Program-made: the position numbers and the translations under genes
In this document: positions 19,686-20,000 of the stretch, piece after piece
Layout of the letters: every line of letters starts with the position of its first letter
Position numbering within the stretch: position 1 is the first letter of the stretch
DNA from: Trichinella spiralis
Taxonomy: Eukaryota
Length of the DNA: 20,000 nt
Direction: 5' to 3'
NCBI RefSeq assembly: GCF_000181795.1
Contig: NW_003526941.1
Span: forward strand, 9,917,283 to 9,937,282
The notes under the pieces: generated by a model
The model's database searches: none
Seen by the model: the letters and a program-made list of their open reading frames with translations, nothing else
Told to the model about the DNA's origin: nothing

Positions 19686-20000
19686 ATATAGATGCATGTT
19701 GGAGATAAATTTCTTACACGTTATAATGTTGACTTTATAAAAAAACATGCTGATTTGATTTGATTCACTACATAAATGTGACGGTACTGTGGATCTTTTA
19801 TGAGAGTTCACTGTATGTTCGATAAATTTTCTGCTTGACTATACACTCACTTACCGATGCAAATGAATTTCAATGAGAAGCTTTATTTACATTTACTATG
19901 CAAATGATATACCTGTTGTAAACCACTAAAGGAGAATTATAATAAAAAATTTTATGTAGCATTTAGTAAAAATAGGAAACTACTGCCACTTTATCACTTT
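19686..20000. repeat. Diverged direct repeat, copy 2 (paralogous to 1-302)
   Basis: See copy 1. Minus-strand translation SESNQISMFFYKVNIITCKKFISN aligns with SETTKISIFSYNVNIRNCKKLIYK in copy 1. Confidence 0.85.

Noticed and set aside
1..20000. CRISPR array or prokaryotic defence system
   Set aside because: The sequence is eukaryotic with spliceosomal introns, and has no regularly spaced repeat-spacer array or cas-like ORF.

Overview
AT-rich eukaryotic genomic DNA with short GT-AG introns and TTTCAG/TTTTAG acceptors. It is most likely a nematode, and Trichinella-like by inference from intron size, gene compaction and the BEL/Pao pol motif. The core (6.5-16.2 kb) is a compact cluster of conserved genes: TRIAP1/Mdm35 (+), MED10 (+), CWF19L1 (-, 2 exons), GPATCH11 (-, 5 exons), an eEF2 kinase with a single coding exon (+), and the 3' end of a probable stand-alone Sld2/RECQL4-N-like gene (-) running into an assembly gap. 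The flanks hold repeats and transposon debris: a ~160-bp-arm inverted repeat, a 222-bp tandem duplication with hairpins, a BEL/Pao remnant, a probable solo LTR, a MITE-like element, and a diverged ~300-bp direct repeat shared by the two ends of the window. The most unusual structure is the TRIAP1-MED10 junction. TRIAP1 has no stop codon or AATAAA before the MED10 acceptor and terminates 17 nt inside the MED10 CDS in another frame. One 3' splice site therefore appears to serve both cis-splicing (TRIAP1) and probably SL trans-splicing (MED10). All protein assignments come from motif recognition, not database searches.
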